From Patescibacteria group bacterium (GTDB lineage Bacteria; Patescibacteriota; Microgenomatia; UBA1400; MFAQ01), in NCBI GenBank assembly GCA_943355005.1, contig CALRDV010000001.1, forward strand, positions 92,632 to 156,631: a DNA stretch of 64,000 nt, read 5' to 3'. Made by a program: the position numbers and the translations under genes. The notes below the pieces were generated by a model. That model was given only the letters and a program-made list of their open reading frames with translations, did not search any database and was not told the DNA's origin. Position 1 is the stretch's first letter, and every line of letters starts with the position of its first letter. This document shows positions 8,616 through 17,298 of this stretch, one piece after another.

Positions 8616-9761
8616 ATGAAAAACATCTGCCGCACTCTGGCTATCTTCCTTTCCTCATTAACATTTATTTTTCTCTTTTCCTTCCCTGCCCACGCTGTAT
8701 TTATTCAGTCAGGCAACGTTTTAGATCTACCTAAAGACAAGAAAATTGACGAATCCGTCCTAATTAGTGGTGGTACCCTCACTGTTGATTCGGACATAAA
8801 TGGTGATTTGTTGTGTGCAGGCAAGGATGTGGTGGTAAATGGAAATATCAAAGGAGATATCCTTTGTGCAGCTCAGTCAATTAAGGTCAATGGCAACGTC
8901 GACGGCAATATAAGAGTTGTAGCTCAAAATATCGAGATAACAGGTACGATTACTCGTAATTTATATTCACTGGCTCAAAATCTATCTTTATCAAAGCTTT
9001 CTTCGGTAAAAGGTGATATTTTCTTTGGAGTGCAGAATGTAGACTTGCGCGGTTCCCTTGGCAGAGATATGTTGGGAGCCGGTGACAAGATTGATATTAC
9101 CGGTTCGCTCTTACGGAACGCCAAAGTTACAGCCACCAAAATATCTGTTTCGGATCCGGCCAGGATAGGTGGTAATTTTGAGTACTATATTGATAATGCC
9201 GGTATTGCTTCTGTAAGTGCTGCAAATGTAAAAGGCGAGATTCTCAAACATGAAATTGTAAGACAAACTCCGGAGAAGAAAAATCGAGAACCAAAACCTT
9301 TCGTAATGTTTTTTGGAAAAATTTATTCAGTCATAACTTACATCGTCTTGGGATTAGTCCTTTTATATTTCCTCAAAAAAGGTATTGAGGATCGTACAGC
9401 AATTCTTGTTTCCAAACCGCTTGTGACAGGTTTAATAGGCTTAGCGGTACTTATGTTGACGCCTATTGTGTTTATTCTTCTTCTTATGACTTTCATCGGG
9501 GTACCTTTAGCTTTTGTCCTGATCATTGAGTATGTTTTGGCCATAATTACCGGGACAATCTATTCCACCATTGCCCTTGGCTGGTGGATCATGAAGAACT
9601 TGGCAAAGAGTAAAAAAGAAAGTGATGTCTGGTCCTTAGTGGTTGGAGCCATCGCCATGGGTCTACTTACAAGTATCCCTGTTCTGGGTTTCTTTGTCGG
9701 TCTTATTGCTTTATGTTTGGGTATGGGAGCCATATTTACTTCATACCTTCCCAAGAAATAA
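8616..9761 (+). CDS. Secreted or membrane protein. It has a signal peptide, bactofilin-like beta-helix repeats (V.GD/GN...I.G), and four C-terminal TM helices.
   Basis: Signal 'LAIFLSSLTFIFLFSFPAHA'. Repeats 'DINGDLLCAGKDVVVNGNIKGDILCAAQSIKVNGNVDGNIRVVAQNIEITGTI'. Hydrophobic C-terminus. I chose the start at ATG 8616 rather than the listed 8514. Confidence 0.5.
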   Translation: MKNICRTLAIFLSSLTFIFLFSFPAHAVFIQSGNVLDLPKDKKIDESVLISGGTLTVDSDINGDLLCAGKDVVVNGNIKGDILCAAQSIKVNGNVDGNIRVVAQNIEITGTITRNLYSLAQNLSLSKLSSVKGDIFFGVQNVDLRGSLGRDMLGAGDKIDITGSLLRNAKVTATKISVSDPARIGGNFEYYIDNAGIASVSAANVKGEILKHEIVRQTPEKKNREPKPFVMFFGKIYSVITYIVLGLVLLYFLKKGIEDRTAILVSKPLVTGLIGLAVLMLTPIVFILLLMTFIGVPLAFVLIIEYVLAIITGTIYSTIALGWWIMKNLAKSKKESDVWSLVVGAIAMGLLTSIPVLGFFVGLIALCLGMGAIFTSYLPKK

Positions 9762-9769
9762 TTTTCACA

Positions 9770-9803
9770 AAAAAATCCGGCCGCGTTTTTGCGGTCGGAT
9801 TGG
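9770..9803. terminator. Bidirectional rho-independent terminator between convergent genes.
   Basis: aaaaaaatccggccgcgtttttgcggtcggatt: a GC stem flanked by an A-run and a T-run. Confidence 0.6.
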
Positions 9804-9806
9804 TTA

Positions 9807-10187
9807 TTATTCTTCTTTTGAAGCACCTTCGGCGTTTACCATTAGTTCATTTAGTTTAGATAAGACCTCTTGGTCGACTTCTCCAACGTTATACTCACCG
9901 ACTAAATATCCAATTGGTGAGTAATCGTGATTTTCATACCAGGGGACATATTCAGAAGGTAATTCTGTACCATTTGTTCTGACTTTAATAATCTCAACAA
10001 TTTCACCGTGCAATATAGCATCTACAAAGTCCGGACACGGTACATATCCGTGATTTGAGATATAGTGACAAGTCATTTTGTATACCAGATATTTATACAA
10101 ACGCTCATGTACTTGAATAACAATCTCTACATCGGCAGCTTCCTCTTCCTTCAATCCCTTACACAGTCCGCAAGCTCTAAAAGCCAT
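9807..10187 (-). CDS. Hypothetical protein (126 aa, Cys-containing).
   Basis: ORF of reasonable size that ends just before the convergent terminator. Confidence 0.4.
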   Translation of the reverse strand: MAFRACGLCKGLKEEEAADVEIVIQVHERLYKYLVYKMTCHYISNHGYVPCPDFVDAILHGEIVEIIKVRTNGTELPSEYVPWYENHDYSPIGYLVGEYNVGEVDQEVLSKLNELMVNAEGASKEE

Positions 10188-10243
10188 TTGTGCACCTCTT
10201 TCCTGTTTTTAAGGATTTTCTATCTGCTTGATTCTACACCCTC

Positions 10244-10993
10244 CTATTTTGTTAGGGCAGACCGAAGTGATAGAAATACAGTCCCGACATAGGGTGGAAA
10301 TTTTGCCGAAGCGGTGCTAGCTTCCTCAGAAGCCGGCATAAAGATGTGAACAATACCATTTTGGACATACAAGAATCGAGTTGTTACCAGCCCACTCATA
10401 TCTTTAACTTTTAGCTTTAAATATGAGGTTGAGCCTGTGGATATCTCAGAAGCACTTAGGATATCCCCACGTTTCTTCTGGTATTCATCACTCATGGCAA
10501 ACTCACCATCAAGTTTTCTGCGATACCAATCTCTCCTAGATGTACCATCATAGTAGTTTTTGGTGCCGGCATTTCCAGCAAAGACGGAACTTGAATAATC
10601 CCAAAGTTCAGTCGCAGTAGAATCATTTTGAATGGTAAACTCTGACCCGGTGAATCTAAAAGAGAATCCTGGTGGTAAAGATAGCGTGGTTTTGAAGCCA
10701 AACTGAGGGTCGGTATCTGTAAAAGATTTCCAATCGGCAGGTATAGTTGGTGCTTTTACAATTGATGTACTAGGCTTTGGTTGATTTGGAGAAGTGTCTC
10801 GGGTCTGAATTTGTTCAGGCAGATCTTTTTCATCTAGCATGTCTAAATCACTTTTTCGATTATTCTGGGAGACATAATACCCCACAAGCCCAAAAAACAC
10901 TCCCAAAACGAAAATGGTGGTGAAAACAGGGAAATTTTTTGCTGACAACATTTTTGACAAGCTCTTCATAGAAAACAATGTTTCTTTCTTCAT
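10244..10993 (-). CDS. Hypothetical membrane-anchored protein (N-terminal TM, extracytoplasmic domain).
   Basis: TM 'FPVFTTIFVLGVFFGLVGYYV'; no recognisable catalytic motif. Confidence 0.5.
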   Translation of the reverse strand: MKKETLFSMKSLSKMLSAKNFPVFTTIFVLGVFFGLVGYYVSQNNRKSDLDMLDEKDLPEQIQTRDTSPNQPKPSTSIVKAPTIPADWKSFTDTDPQFGFKTTLSLPPGFSFRFTGSEFTIQNDSTATELWDYSSSVFAGNAGTKNYYDGTSRRDWYRRKLDGEFAMSDEYQKKRGDILSASEISTGSTSYLKLKVKDMSGLVTTRFLYVQNGIVHIFMPASEEASTASAKFPPYVGTVFLSLRSALTK

Positions 10994-11020
10994 AGAACCA
11001 TTATATTACCAAGCATATTG

Positions 11021-11091
11021 TCGGGGTACTCAGAATTGAACTGAGATCGCGCGCACCCCATGCGCGCATACTACCGTTATACTATACCCCG
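11021..11091 (-). tRNA. tRNA-Pro (anticodon GGG), 71 nt, no encoded CCA.
   Basis: Folded by hand: acceptor CGGGGUA/UACCCCG, D-arm GUAU-AACGGUA-GUAU (with G-U pairs), anticodon stem CGCGC/GCGCG with loop AUGGGGU (U33, GGG, G37), T-arm CUCAG-UUCAAUU-CUGAG, discriminator A. Confidence 0.7.
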
Positions 11092-11120
11092 AATCGAACC
11101 TGTCAATTTTACCACTTATT

Positions 11121-11145
11121 CGTCATTGCGAGTTTCGTTATTTAG
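11121..11145 (+). repeat. Truncated copy of the GTCATTGCGAG-type repeat.
   Basis: cgtcattgcgagtttcgttatttag. Confidence 0.5.
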
Positions 11146-11174
11146 AACTTTGTTCATTCAGGGAATTATGTATC

Positions 11175-11202
11175 TTGCGAAAATAACCCAAATAGTTATA
11201 AT
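11175..11202 (+). promoter_or_regulatory. Sigma70-like promoter upstream of recA (TTGCGA-N16-TATAAT).
   Basis: ttgcga at 11175-11180, tataat at 11197-11202. Confidence 0.45.
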
Positions 11203-11231
11203 GGCTTTAGTTAACAAAATACCCGAAGAAA

Positions 11232-12293
11232 ATGCCAAAGAAATCCAAGAAAGATAAAGAAGCCAAGTCCGTCGGTGAACACGTAGATAACTCAGCCCGT
11301 CTTACTGCAGTCAAAATCGCCATGCAGCAAATTACCAAGCAGTTCGGCGAAGGTGCCATTATGCATATGGGTTCCGATAAGGTTGGTGAAAAAATTCCCG
11401 TCATTTCTTCCGGCTCTATTAGTTTGGACTTGGCTCTTGGTATCGGCGGCTTTCCACGCGGTCGTATAGTCGAGATTTACGGCCCGGAAGCTTCCGGTAA
11501 GACGACAGTCGCACTCCACGTCATCGCTGAAGCCCAGAAGGCCGGTGGCATTGCTGCCTTTATCGACGCTGAGCATGCTGTGGATCCGAATCGAGCCAAA
11601 TCTATCGGAGTAAATTTGGACGAACTTCTTTTATCACAGCCGGATAACGGGGAACAAGCCCTGGAAATTGCCGAAACCCTAATTCGCTCAGGCGGAGTAG
11701 ACGTGGTAGTCATTGACTCTGTTGCCGCTTTGGTACCCAAATCCGAAATCGAAGGCGAAATGGGAGACTCCTCCATGGGTCTTCAGGCCAGACTTATGAG
11801 TCAAGCTCTTCGAAAAATCACTGGTGCCATTGCCAAAAGTAAATGTATTGTCATTTTTACGAACCAGCTTAGAGAAAAGATTGGTGTGATGTTTGGCAAT
11901 CCGGAAGTCACTACCGGAGGTAAAGCTCTTAAATTCTATGCATCCATCCGTATCGACATGCGCAAAATCGGCAATATTCAGGAAGGCGATGAAATTATTG
12001 GCTCTCGTCACAGAGCCAAGATAGTGAAAAACAAAGTTGCTTCGCCCTTTAGAACCGCCGAGTTCGATGTTCTAAATGTTGGAGGTATAAGTAAACTAGG
12101 GGATCTTATCGATACTGCTATTGCCTACAATGTACTTGAGAAAGCCGGCTCCTTCATCAAATACGAAGGTGAGACACTTGCCCAAGGACGAGAATCGGCC
12201 AAAACCACCCTGGCAGAGAGACCGGAAATGATTGAGAAAATCAAAGTTCAAGTCATGGAAAAGGTAAATGCAGGAATTCAGCCGGAAAAGTGA
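11232..12293 (+). CDS. recA: Recombinase RecA
   Basis: Walker A 'GPEASGKTT'; typical RecA blocks '[21 protein letters not shown]', '[50 protein letters not shown]'. Confidence 0.95.
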   Translation: MPKKSKKDKEAKSVGEHVDNSARLTAVKIAMQQITKQFGEGAIMHMGSDKVGEKIPVISSGSISLDLALGIGGFPRGRIVEIYGPEASGKTTVALHVIAEAQKAGGIAAFIDAEHAVDPNRAKSIGVNLDELLLSQPDNGEQALEIAETLIRSGGVDVVVIDSVAALVPKSEIEGEMGDSSMGLQARLMSQALRKITGAIAKSKCIVIFTNQLREKIGVMFGNPEVTTGGKALKFYASIRIDMRKIGNIQEGDEIIGSRHRAKIVKNKVASPFRTAEFDVLNVGGISKLGDLIDTAIAYNVLEKAGSFIKYEGETLAQGRESAKTTLAERPEMIEKIKVQVMEKVNAGIQPEK

Positions 12294-12747
12294 TTTTAGG
12301 CAGTCTCTAGTTAGCTACGCAGCCAAGATATTAGTAGCTAGGCCCTATTTTCGGGCTAAGCTAAGGGATAAGCTTTTCTTGAGGGCTGAGAAATTCAATT
12401 TCTTAGATCCTTCAGGGGTTATAGATTCAATTTTGGACGATTTGTCCAAAAGTGGTTATCTAAACGATAAATACCTTGCCGAAGCTTTTGTTCGTAGACA
12501 GCTTTCCAAGGGTTATGGTCCCAAGATTATCTCCTTAAAGTTAAAATTTCTTGGATTAGATCGGGAAATTATCTCTGAAGTCTTAAAATCTCAAGCTTAT
12601 GAAGAGCTGGAAGTTGACTCAATTAGCCGATATTGCCGAAAATATCCCCGAGTAGACCCGAGGAAACTGATCTCCAAGCTCTACCAACGAGGCTACAATA
12701 GCCAGGCAATCAAAAAAGTATTTGACTCAGACTGGTTAGAAGACTAA
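12268..12747 (+). CDS. recX: RecX-like regulatory protein (overlaps the recA 3' end).
   Basis: Conserved recA-recX synteny; helical repeats '[40 protein letters not shown]'. Confidence 0.6.
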   Translation: MQEFSRKSDFRQSLVSYAAKILVARPYFRAKLRDKLFLRAEKFNFLDPSGVIDSILDDLSKSGYLNDKYLAEAFVRRQLSKGYGPKIISLKLKFLGLDREIISEVLKSQAYEELEVDSISRYCRKYPRVDPRKLISKLYQRGYNSQAIKKVFDSDWLED

Positions 12748-12844
12748 AATACAGATACTAATCAAGTTGGTCAATCAAAATTACGCAATGTACGAACTCA
12801 AATTAAACAAAAAAATACCCTTTTCTCCTGCTAAGTGGCAGTTT

Positions 12845-12867
12845 GGTCGCTAAAGCGACTTGTTTTT
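12845..12867 (+). terminator. Rho-independent terminator after recX.
   Basis: ggtcgctaaagcgacttgttttt. Confidence 0.55.
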
Positions 12868-12916
12868 GCGTGTTTGGTGGTTCAACTACGGTTAGATTTA
12901 ATCATTAATCTAAACC

Positions 12917-14494
12917 ATGTCCATACTCTCAATTTTTAGGTCAAATATTTTCAAGAATTACTCCTCCAAGGATAAAACAAAACCTGTAGCCTCAGTTTCC
13001 GCACCTGAGCCAAAAGCTCTGGTTCAAGAACCGGCAAAAGTAGCTCCTGCGGTAGTTCAAGCCCCTTCGGTAGATACAGCCGCCATCATCGCCGCCGCTC
13101 AAGCAACCGCTCAGTCCCAGGCTCGAGAGATTATCATTTCAGCCAAGGATGAAGCTTTTAAGCTCAAAGATCAGGCTATCAAAGACGCCCGTATTCAGCT
13201 GGAAGAAATCGAGGTCAGAGCCAAGAATTTAGCCACCAAACAACAGAGTATTACAGCTATAGAAGATCAGCTTAAGAGAGAAAAGACCAACATTGATACC
13301 CAGACTAAGCAAGTCGAAGAGCTTAAGGCTAAAATCGCTACCCAAGCCGATTCCATGGTCGAAAAGCTGGAAAAGATAGCTTCTCTTACCACCGAACAAG
13401 CCAAAAAGGAGCTTATCTCCATGGTCGAGAAAAGAGCAGCTGTTGAAGCTGCCAGAGCGATCAAAGAGTCTGAGGAAAGAGCCAAGATAGTTGCAGAGGA
13501 CCAAGCTAGAGAAATCCTTGTAGATGCCATGAAATCGGGTGCCACCGACTACGTTGCCGAATATACTATTTCTACCGTTCCAATCCCGGACGAAGAAACC
13601 AAAGGTCGTATTATTGGTAAAGATGGACGAAATATTCGCATTTTCGAAAAAGTTTCCGGCTGTGACGTTTCCATGGACGACGGTCCCGACGAAGTTAAGC
13701 TGAGCAGTTTTGATCCGGTCCGGAGAGAGATTGCTCGCTTAACATTAATTCATTTAATTAAAGATGGCCGTATTCATCCAGCTCGTATCGAAGAATACTT
13801 CGAAAGATCAAAGAAAGATGTTGAACAAATTATGTTTCAAGAAGGTCAGAAGCTTTGTCACGCTGTCGGTGTTTACAATATGAATAGAGAAATTATCCAA
13901 ATGTTGGGTCGTTTCAAATTCCGAACGTCTTACGGCCAAAACATGATTAGTCATACCTTGGAGGAGACAAGAATCGGTATCAAGATAGCAAGCGAGGTTG
14001 GAGCCAATGTTGACACTGTTCGCATGGGGTGTCTCTTACACGACATCGGAAAAATTATCGAAGGCGACGGAAATCACGTTGAGCTTGGAGTTGCCTATCT
14101 TAAGAAATTTAATATTCCACAGACCATTATTGACTGTGTGGCTCAACATCACGAAGATGAAGAGTTCACTTCAAATGAATCTGTCATTGTTTACATTTCC
14201 GATGCTATCTCAGGTAGTCGCCCCGGCGCTCGTCATGAAAATACCGAAGAATACGGTAAACGCATTCGACATCTGGAGGAAATTGCCCGCAAACACCCTG
14301 AGGTCGATGATGCTTATGCCATCTCAGCCGGACGCGAGATTAGAGTCATTGTTAATCCTAGTAAAGCAGGAGACGAGCAATTAATTATCTTGGCTCAAGC
14401 CATTAGGGATGAAATCAGGGACACTATGACCTTCCCAGGCACCGTCAAGGTGAACGTTATCCGCGAAACTCGTGCCAGCGAAATCGCCAGCTAA
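12917..14494 (+). CDS. rny: Ribonuclease Y (KH + HD domains).
   Basis: KH 'GRIIGKDGRNIRIFEKVSGCDV'; HD 'LLHDIGKIIEGDGNHVELGVAYLKKF...AQHHEDEE'; long coiled-coil N-terminus. Confidence 0.85.
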   Translation: MSILSIFRSNIFKNYSSKDKTKPVASVSAPEPKALVQEPAKVAPAVVQAPSVDTAAIIAAAQATAQSQAREIIISAKDEAFKLKDQAIKDARIQLEEIEVRAKNLATKQQSITAIEDQLKREKTNIDTQTKQVEELKAKIATQADSMVEKLEKIASLTTEQAKKELISMVEKRAAVEAARAIKESEERAKIVAEDQAREILVDAMKSGATDYVAEYTISTVPIPDEETKGRIIGKDGRNIRIFEKVSGCDVSMDDGPDEVKLSSFDPVRREIARLTLIHLIKDGRIHPARIEEYFERSKKDVEQIMFQEGQKLCHAVGVYNMNREIIQMLGRFKFRTSYGQNMISHTLEETRIGIKIASEVGANVDTVRMGCLLHDIGKIIEGDGNHVELGVAYLKKFNIPQTIIDCVAQHHEDEEFTSNESVIVYISDAISGSRPGARHENTEEYGKRIRHLEEIARKHPEVDDAYAISAGREIRVIVNPSKAGDEQLIILAQAIRDEIRDTMTFPGTVKVNVIRETRASEIAS

Positions 14495-14496
14495 AT

Positions 14497-14568
14497 CGTC
14501 ATTGCGAGGAACGAAGTGACGTGGCAATCCAGGAATTGTCATCCTCGCGAAAGCGGGGATCCATCTGG
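14497..14568 (+). repeat. Two adjacent palindromic repeats, B-type (GTCATTGCGAG...GTGGCAATCCAGG) followed by A-type (GTCATCCTCGCGAAAGCGGGGATCCATCTGG).
   Basis: cgtcattgcgaggaacgaagtgacgtggcaatccaggaattgtcatcctcgcgaaagcggggatccatctgg. Confidence 0.8.
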
Positions 14569-14657
14569 ATAAGTAATTGATAAACTTGCACGAGACGTAT
14601 TTAGATGGTAACATCAGTTAAATTATTATTAAAGTTTCTGCCCGGAAAGAGGAATTA

Positions 14658-14933
14658 ATGACCAAACAGACCCTTATTAACATCGTCAGTAAGAAGGTTC
14701 ACTTGACCAAGAAAGCCGTCAAGGAGACAGTCGACTCATTCTTTGAAGAATCCATTGCCGCCTTGGGCAAAGGTGAAAAAGTCGTCATCTCAGGTTTCGG
14801 AACTTTTTACATCGGTAAAGTCGAAGATAAGCAAGTAGTTCCTTTTGGAAACGAAAACAAACGTCAAGTTGTCAAAGGTCATAAGGTTATCAACTTTCAT
14901 GTTGGAAAACCTTTGAAGAAGAAAGTTGCCTAA
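14658..14933 (+). CDS. hup: HU-family DNA-binding protein.
   Basis: HU signature 'VVISGFGTFYIGKVEDKQVVPFGNENKRQVVKGHKVINFHVGKPLK'; RBS 'aagaggaa' 6 nt upstream of the ATG. Confidence 0.85.
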   Translation: MTKQTLINIVSKKVHLTKKAVKETVDSFFEESIAALGKGEKVVISGFGTFYIGKVEDKQVVPFGNENKRQVVKGHKVINFHVGKPLKKKVA

Positions 14934-16096
14934 TGCCTTCAGTTTTCATAAATACTTTTGGTTGCCAAGCCAACAAATCAGATTCAGAAAGACTTCTGGG
15001 TGATTATCTTGCCCGCGGTTACTCAGAAACTTCCAATTGGCGGGAAGCAGACGAAATCGTCATCAATACCTGTTCTGTTCGACAATCAGCGGAAGACCGT
15101 GTTACCGGCTTCCTCCTAAATGTTGATAAATATTTCCTTGGCCTCCCCGCCGTGGAGGGCAAACCCAAACCAAAAATTATACTTACCGGCTGCATGCTCC
15201 ATTTTAACGAAAAGGAGATCAAAGCTCTTTTGCCTCAGATAGATGAAATTCTTCCGATAAGTGAAGTAGGTTTCAATCAAAAGGCAATCCGTAAGGATAA
15301 AGATAAAGCTTTTATTCCCATTTCTTCGGGCTGCAATTCCTTCTGCACCTTCTGTATCGTTCCTTTTTCTAGAGGTAGAGAGAGGTCTCGACCATTAGAA
15401 GACATAGTTAAAGAAGTCGAAGAGCTGGCAGCTAATGGTTACTCCGAAATAACACTTCTGGGTCAGAATGTAAATTCTTACGGCCTTGAAAAGGTGGGTG
15501 TTGCTCTTCGAAAAATGTTTATGGACAAGGATAAATTTTCTCCCGATATTATTCCCTCAAACCAGTCACAATACTTTAAGCCGGAAGACACTCCGCCATT
15601 TGTTACCTTACTAAAAGCTGTAAGCAAGATAGACGGTATAAACAAAATTAGTTTCTTCACCAGCAACCCTTGGGATTTCTGGGATGAGTTAATAGACGAA
15701 ATAGCTATCAATCCCAAGATTGATCGATTTATTCATTTGCCGGTCCAGTCAGGTAGTAATCGTATTTTAAAGCTGATGAATAGGGGATACACAAGAGAGT
15801 CATATCTAACTTTAATTAATCAAATTAAAGCCAAGGTCTCTGATGCGGTTTTTGGCACCGACATTATCGTGGGATTCCCTGGTGAAACAGATGAGGACTT
15901 CGAAGAGACTAAGAATCTTATTATGGAAGTTGACTTCAAAGTTGCTTTTGTAGCTAGATATTCACCCAGACCCGGAACTGCTTCGTCCAGGCTTTACCCT
16001 GACGATATCCCTGCCAAAGTAAAGAAACAGCGTTGGGAAATTCTCGATCAAATCGCCAATAAGGATAACTTAAAATCCCGCCCCATAGTCCCATAA
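14933..16096 (+). CDS. miaB: MiaB-like radical-SAM tRNA methylthiotransferase (no TRAM domain).
   Basis: UPF0004 N-domain 'INTFGCQANKSDSER'; radical SAM 'CNSFCTFCIVP'; adjacent to miaA. Confidence 0.7.
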   Translation: MPSVFINTFGCQANKSDSERLLGDYLARGYSETSNWREADEIVINTCSVRQSAEDRVTGFLLNVDKYFLGLPAVEGKPKPKIILTGCMLHFNEKEIKALLPQIDEILPISEVGFNQKAIRKDKDKAFIPISSGCNSFCTFCIVPFSRGRERSRPLEDIVKEVEELAANGYSEITLLGQNVNSYGLEKVGVALRKMFMDKDKFSPDIIPSNQSQYFKPEDTPPFVTLLKAVSKIDGINKISFFTSNPWDFWDELIDEIAINPKIDRFIHLPVQSGSNRILKLMNRGYTRESYLTLINQIKAKVSDAVFGTDIIVGFPGETDEDFEETKNLIMEVDFKVAFVARYSPRPGTASSRLYPDDIPAKVKKQRWEILDQIANKDNLKSRPIVP

Positions 16097-16113
16097 ATAA
16101 ATTTAACAACAAC

Positions 16114-16263
16114 GTGTCATTCCGAGCGAAGTCTAGGAACCTGCCTGCCGGCAGGCAGGTCTCCCTCCACCCGTCATTGCGATGAGCGAAGCGTGGTGGC
16201 AATCCAGGAAGTATAAAATCAATAATATCTGTCATTCCGGGCTTGACCCGGAATCCATCCGGG
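16114..16263 (+). repeat. Intergenic cluster of three palindromic repeats (A-type, B-type, A-type) plus a CTGCCGGCAGG / CTCCCTCCACC sub-motif.
   Basis: gtgtcattccgagcgaag...ctgcctgccggcaggcaggtctccctccacccgtcattgcgatgagcgaagcgtggtggcaatccagg...ctgtcattccgggcttgacccggaatccatccggg. Confidence 0.8.
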
Positions 16264-16286
16264 AAATATAAAATGGTAAATATTAA

Positions 16287-17297
16287 ATGAAAAACATACT
16301 CGTCATCTGCGGTCCAACGGCCTCAGGCAAAACCTCCCTCGCCCTCTCCATCGCCAAAGAAATTTTTTTCCCTCGCTCAAGTGTCATTCCCGACCCGCTT
16401 CGACGTAGCTTCAGCGAGGCGAGCCTGATCGGGAATCCATCTGGTAAATCAGTCCACATCCTCTCCGCCGACTCCCGCCAAATCTACAAAGGTCTCGACA
16501 TTATCACGGGCAAAGATATCCCGGCAGACTTGCCGTCTAATATAAAGTTCTTTGGCCTAGACCTAGTGAGTCCAAATCAAGTTTTCAATGTGTCTGATTT
16601 TGTTGCATATTCCCAAAAAATAATTACAGATTCAGCCGAGCAAAACATCCCCTTAATCATTGTTGGAGGTACAGGTTTGTATCTAAAAGCTATCACATCA
16701 AATCTTTTAGATGTTCACGTTCCGCCTGATAAGGAGCTCCGCTCAGAGCTGGAAAAATTAACCCTTTCAGATCTAAAAAAAAGACTGGAAGAACTAAATC
16801 CAAGCAAATATTCTTCTCTTAACAATTCCGATCTAAACAATCCCCGTCGCCTCATCCGTGCCATCGAAATCTCATATTCCTTCAAGCAAACTAACGTCAT
16901 TCCGGGCTTGACCCGGAATCCAGAACAATTTCACGACCAAAATCAAAACTTCCTCTGGCTCGGTCTAAAAGTCGATAAGCAAATCCAGGAAAACAAAATC
17001 CACCAACGGGTACTGGACCGTTTAGAAAACGGCGCCATTGACGAAGTCAAAAAGCTCATACCACACTATCCGGATACCTCGCTACCCATTCACTCTAGTC
17101 TTGGAGTAAAGCAAATCAAAGAATATTTAGCGGGGAATATATCCAAGGAACAGTTAACAGATTTGTGGACCAAAGTCGAAGTTGATTATGCTCGTCGCCA
17201 AATGGTCTGGTTCAATAAACAAAGTGGGATAGTTTGGTATGATAAAGATAGTATTAATCAGGAGTTGGTTGCATCTCTAGCAGAACAATTAAAATAA
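16287..17297 (+). CDS. miaA: tRNA dimethylallyltransferase MiaA, carrying two in-frame palindromic-repeat insertions.
   Basis: P-loop 'ICGPTASGKTSLAL'; 'ILSADSRQIYKGLDIITGK', 'IIVGGTGLYLKAITSNL'. Inserted peptides 'SSVIPDPLRRSFSEASLIGNPSG' and 'NVIPGLTRNPEQ'. Confidence 0.85.
   Translation: MKNILVICGPTASGKTSLALSIAKEIFFPRSSVIPDPLRRSFSEASLIGNPSGKSVHILSADSRQIYKGLDIITGKDIPADLPSNIKFFGLDLVSPNQVFNVSDFVAYSQKIITDSAEQNIPLIIVGGTGLYLKAITSNLLDVHVPPDKELRSELEKLTLSDLKKRLEELNPSKYSSLNNSDLNNPRRLIRAIEISYSFKQTNVIPGLTRNPEQFHDQNQNFLWLGLKVDKQIQENKIHQRVLDRLENGAIDEVKKLIPHYPDTSLPIHSSLGVKQIKEYLAGNISKEQLTDLWTKVEVDYARRQMVWFNKQSGIVWYDKDSINQELVASLAEQLK
16383..16444 (+). repeat. Composite A-type palindromic repeat inserted in-frame inside miaA, between the P-loop and the SADSRQIY motif.
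   Basis: gtcattcccgacccgcttcgacgtagcttcagcgaggcgagcctgatcgggaatccatctgg; 62 bp, not a multiple of 3, so the surrounding sequence must compensate to keep miaA in frame. Confidence 0.8.
16896..16923 (+). repeat. A-type palindromic repeat inserted in-frame inside miaA, encoding VIPGLTRNP.
   Basis: gtcattccgggcttgacccggaatccag. Confidence 0.85.
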
Positions 17298-17298
17298 A

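Noticed and set aside
11060-11257. 65-aa plus-strand ORF upstream of recA.
   Set aside because: Overlaps the minus-strand tRNA-Pro and the predicted recA promoter; spurious.
14381-14614. ORFs spanning the palindromic-repeat clusters (14381..14614, 15954..16235, 25174..25623, 25408..25665, 58093..58323, 51408..51755).
   Set aside because: Open frames created by translating GTCATT... repeats and flanking gene antisense; low coding plausibility and they overlap well-supported genes or intergenic repeat arrays.
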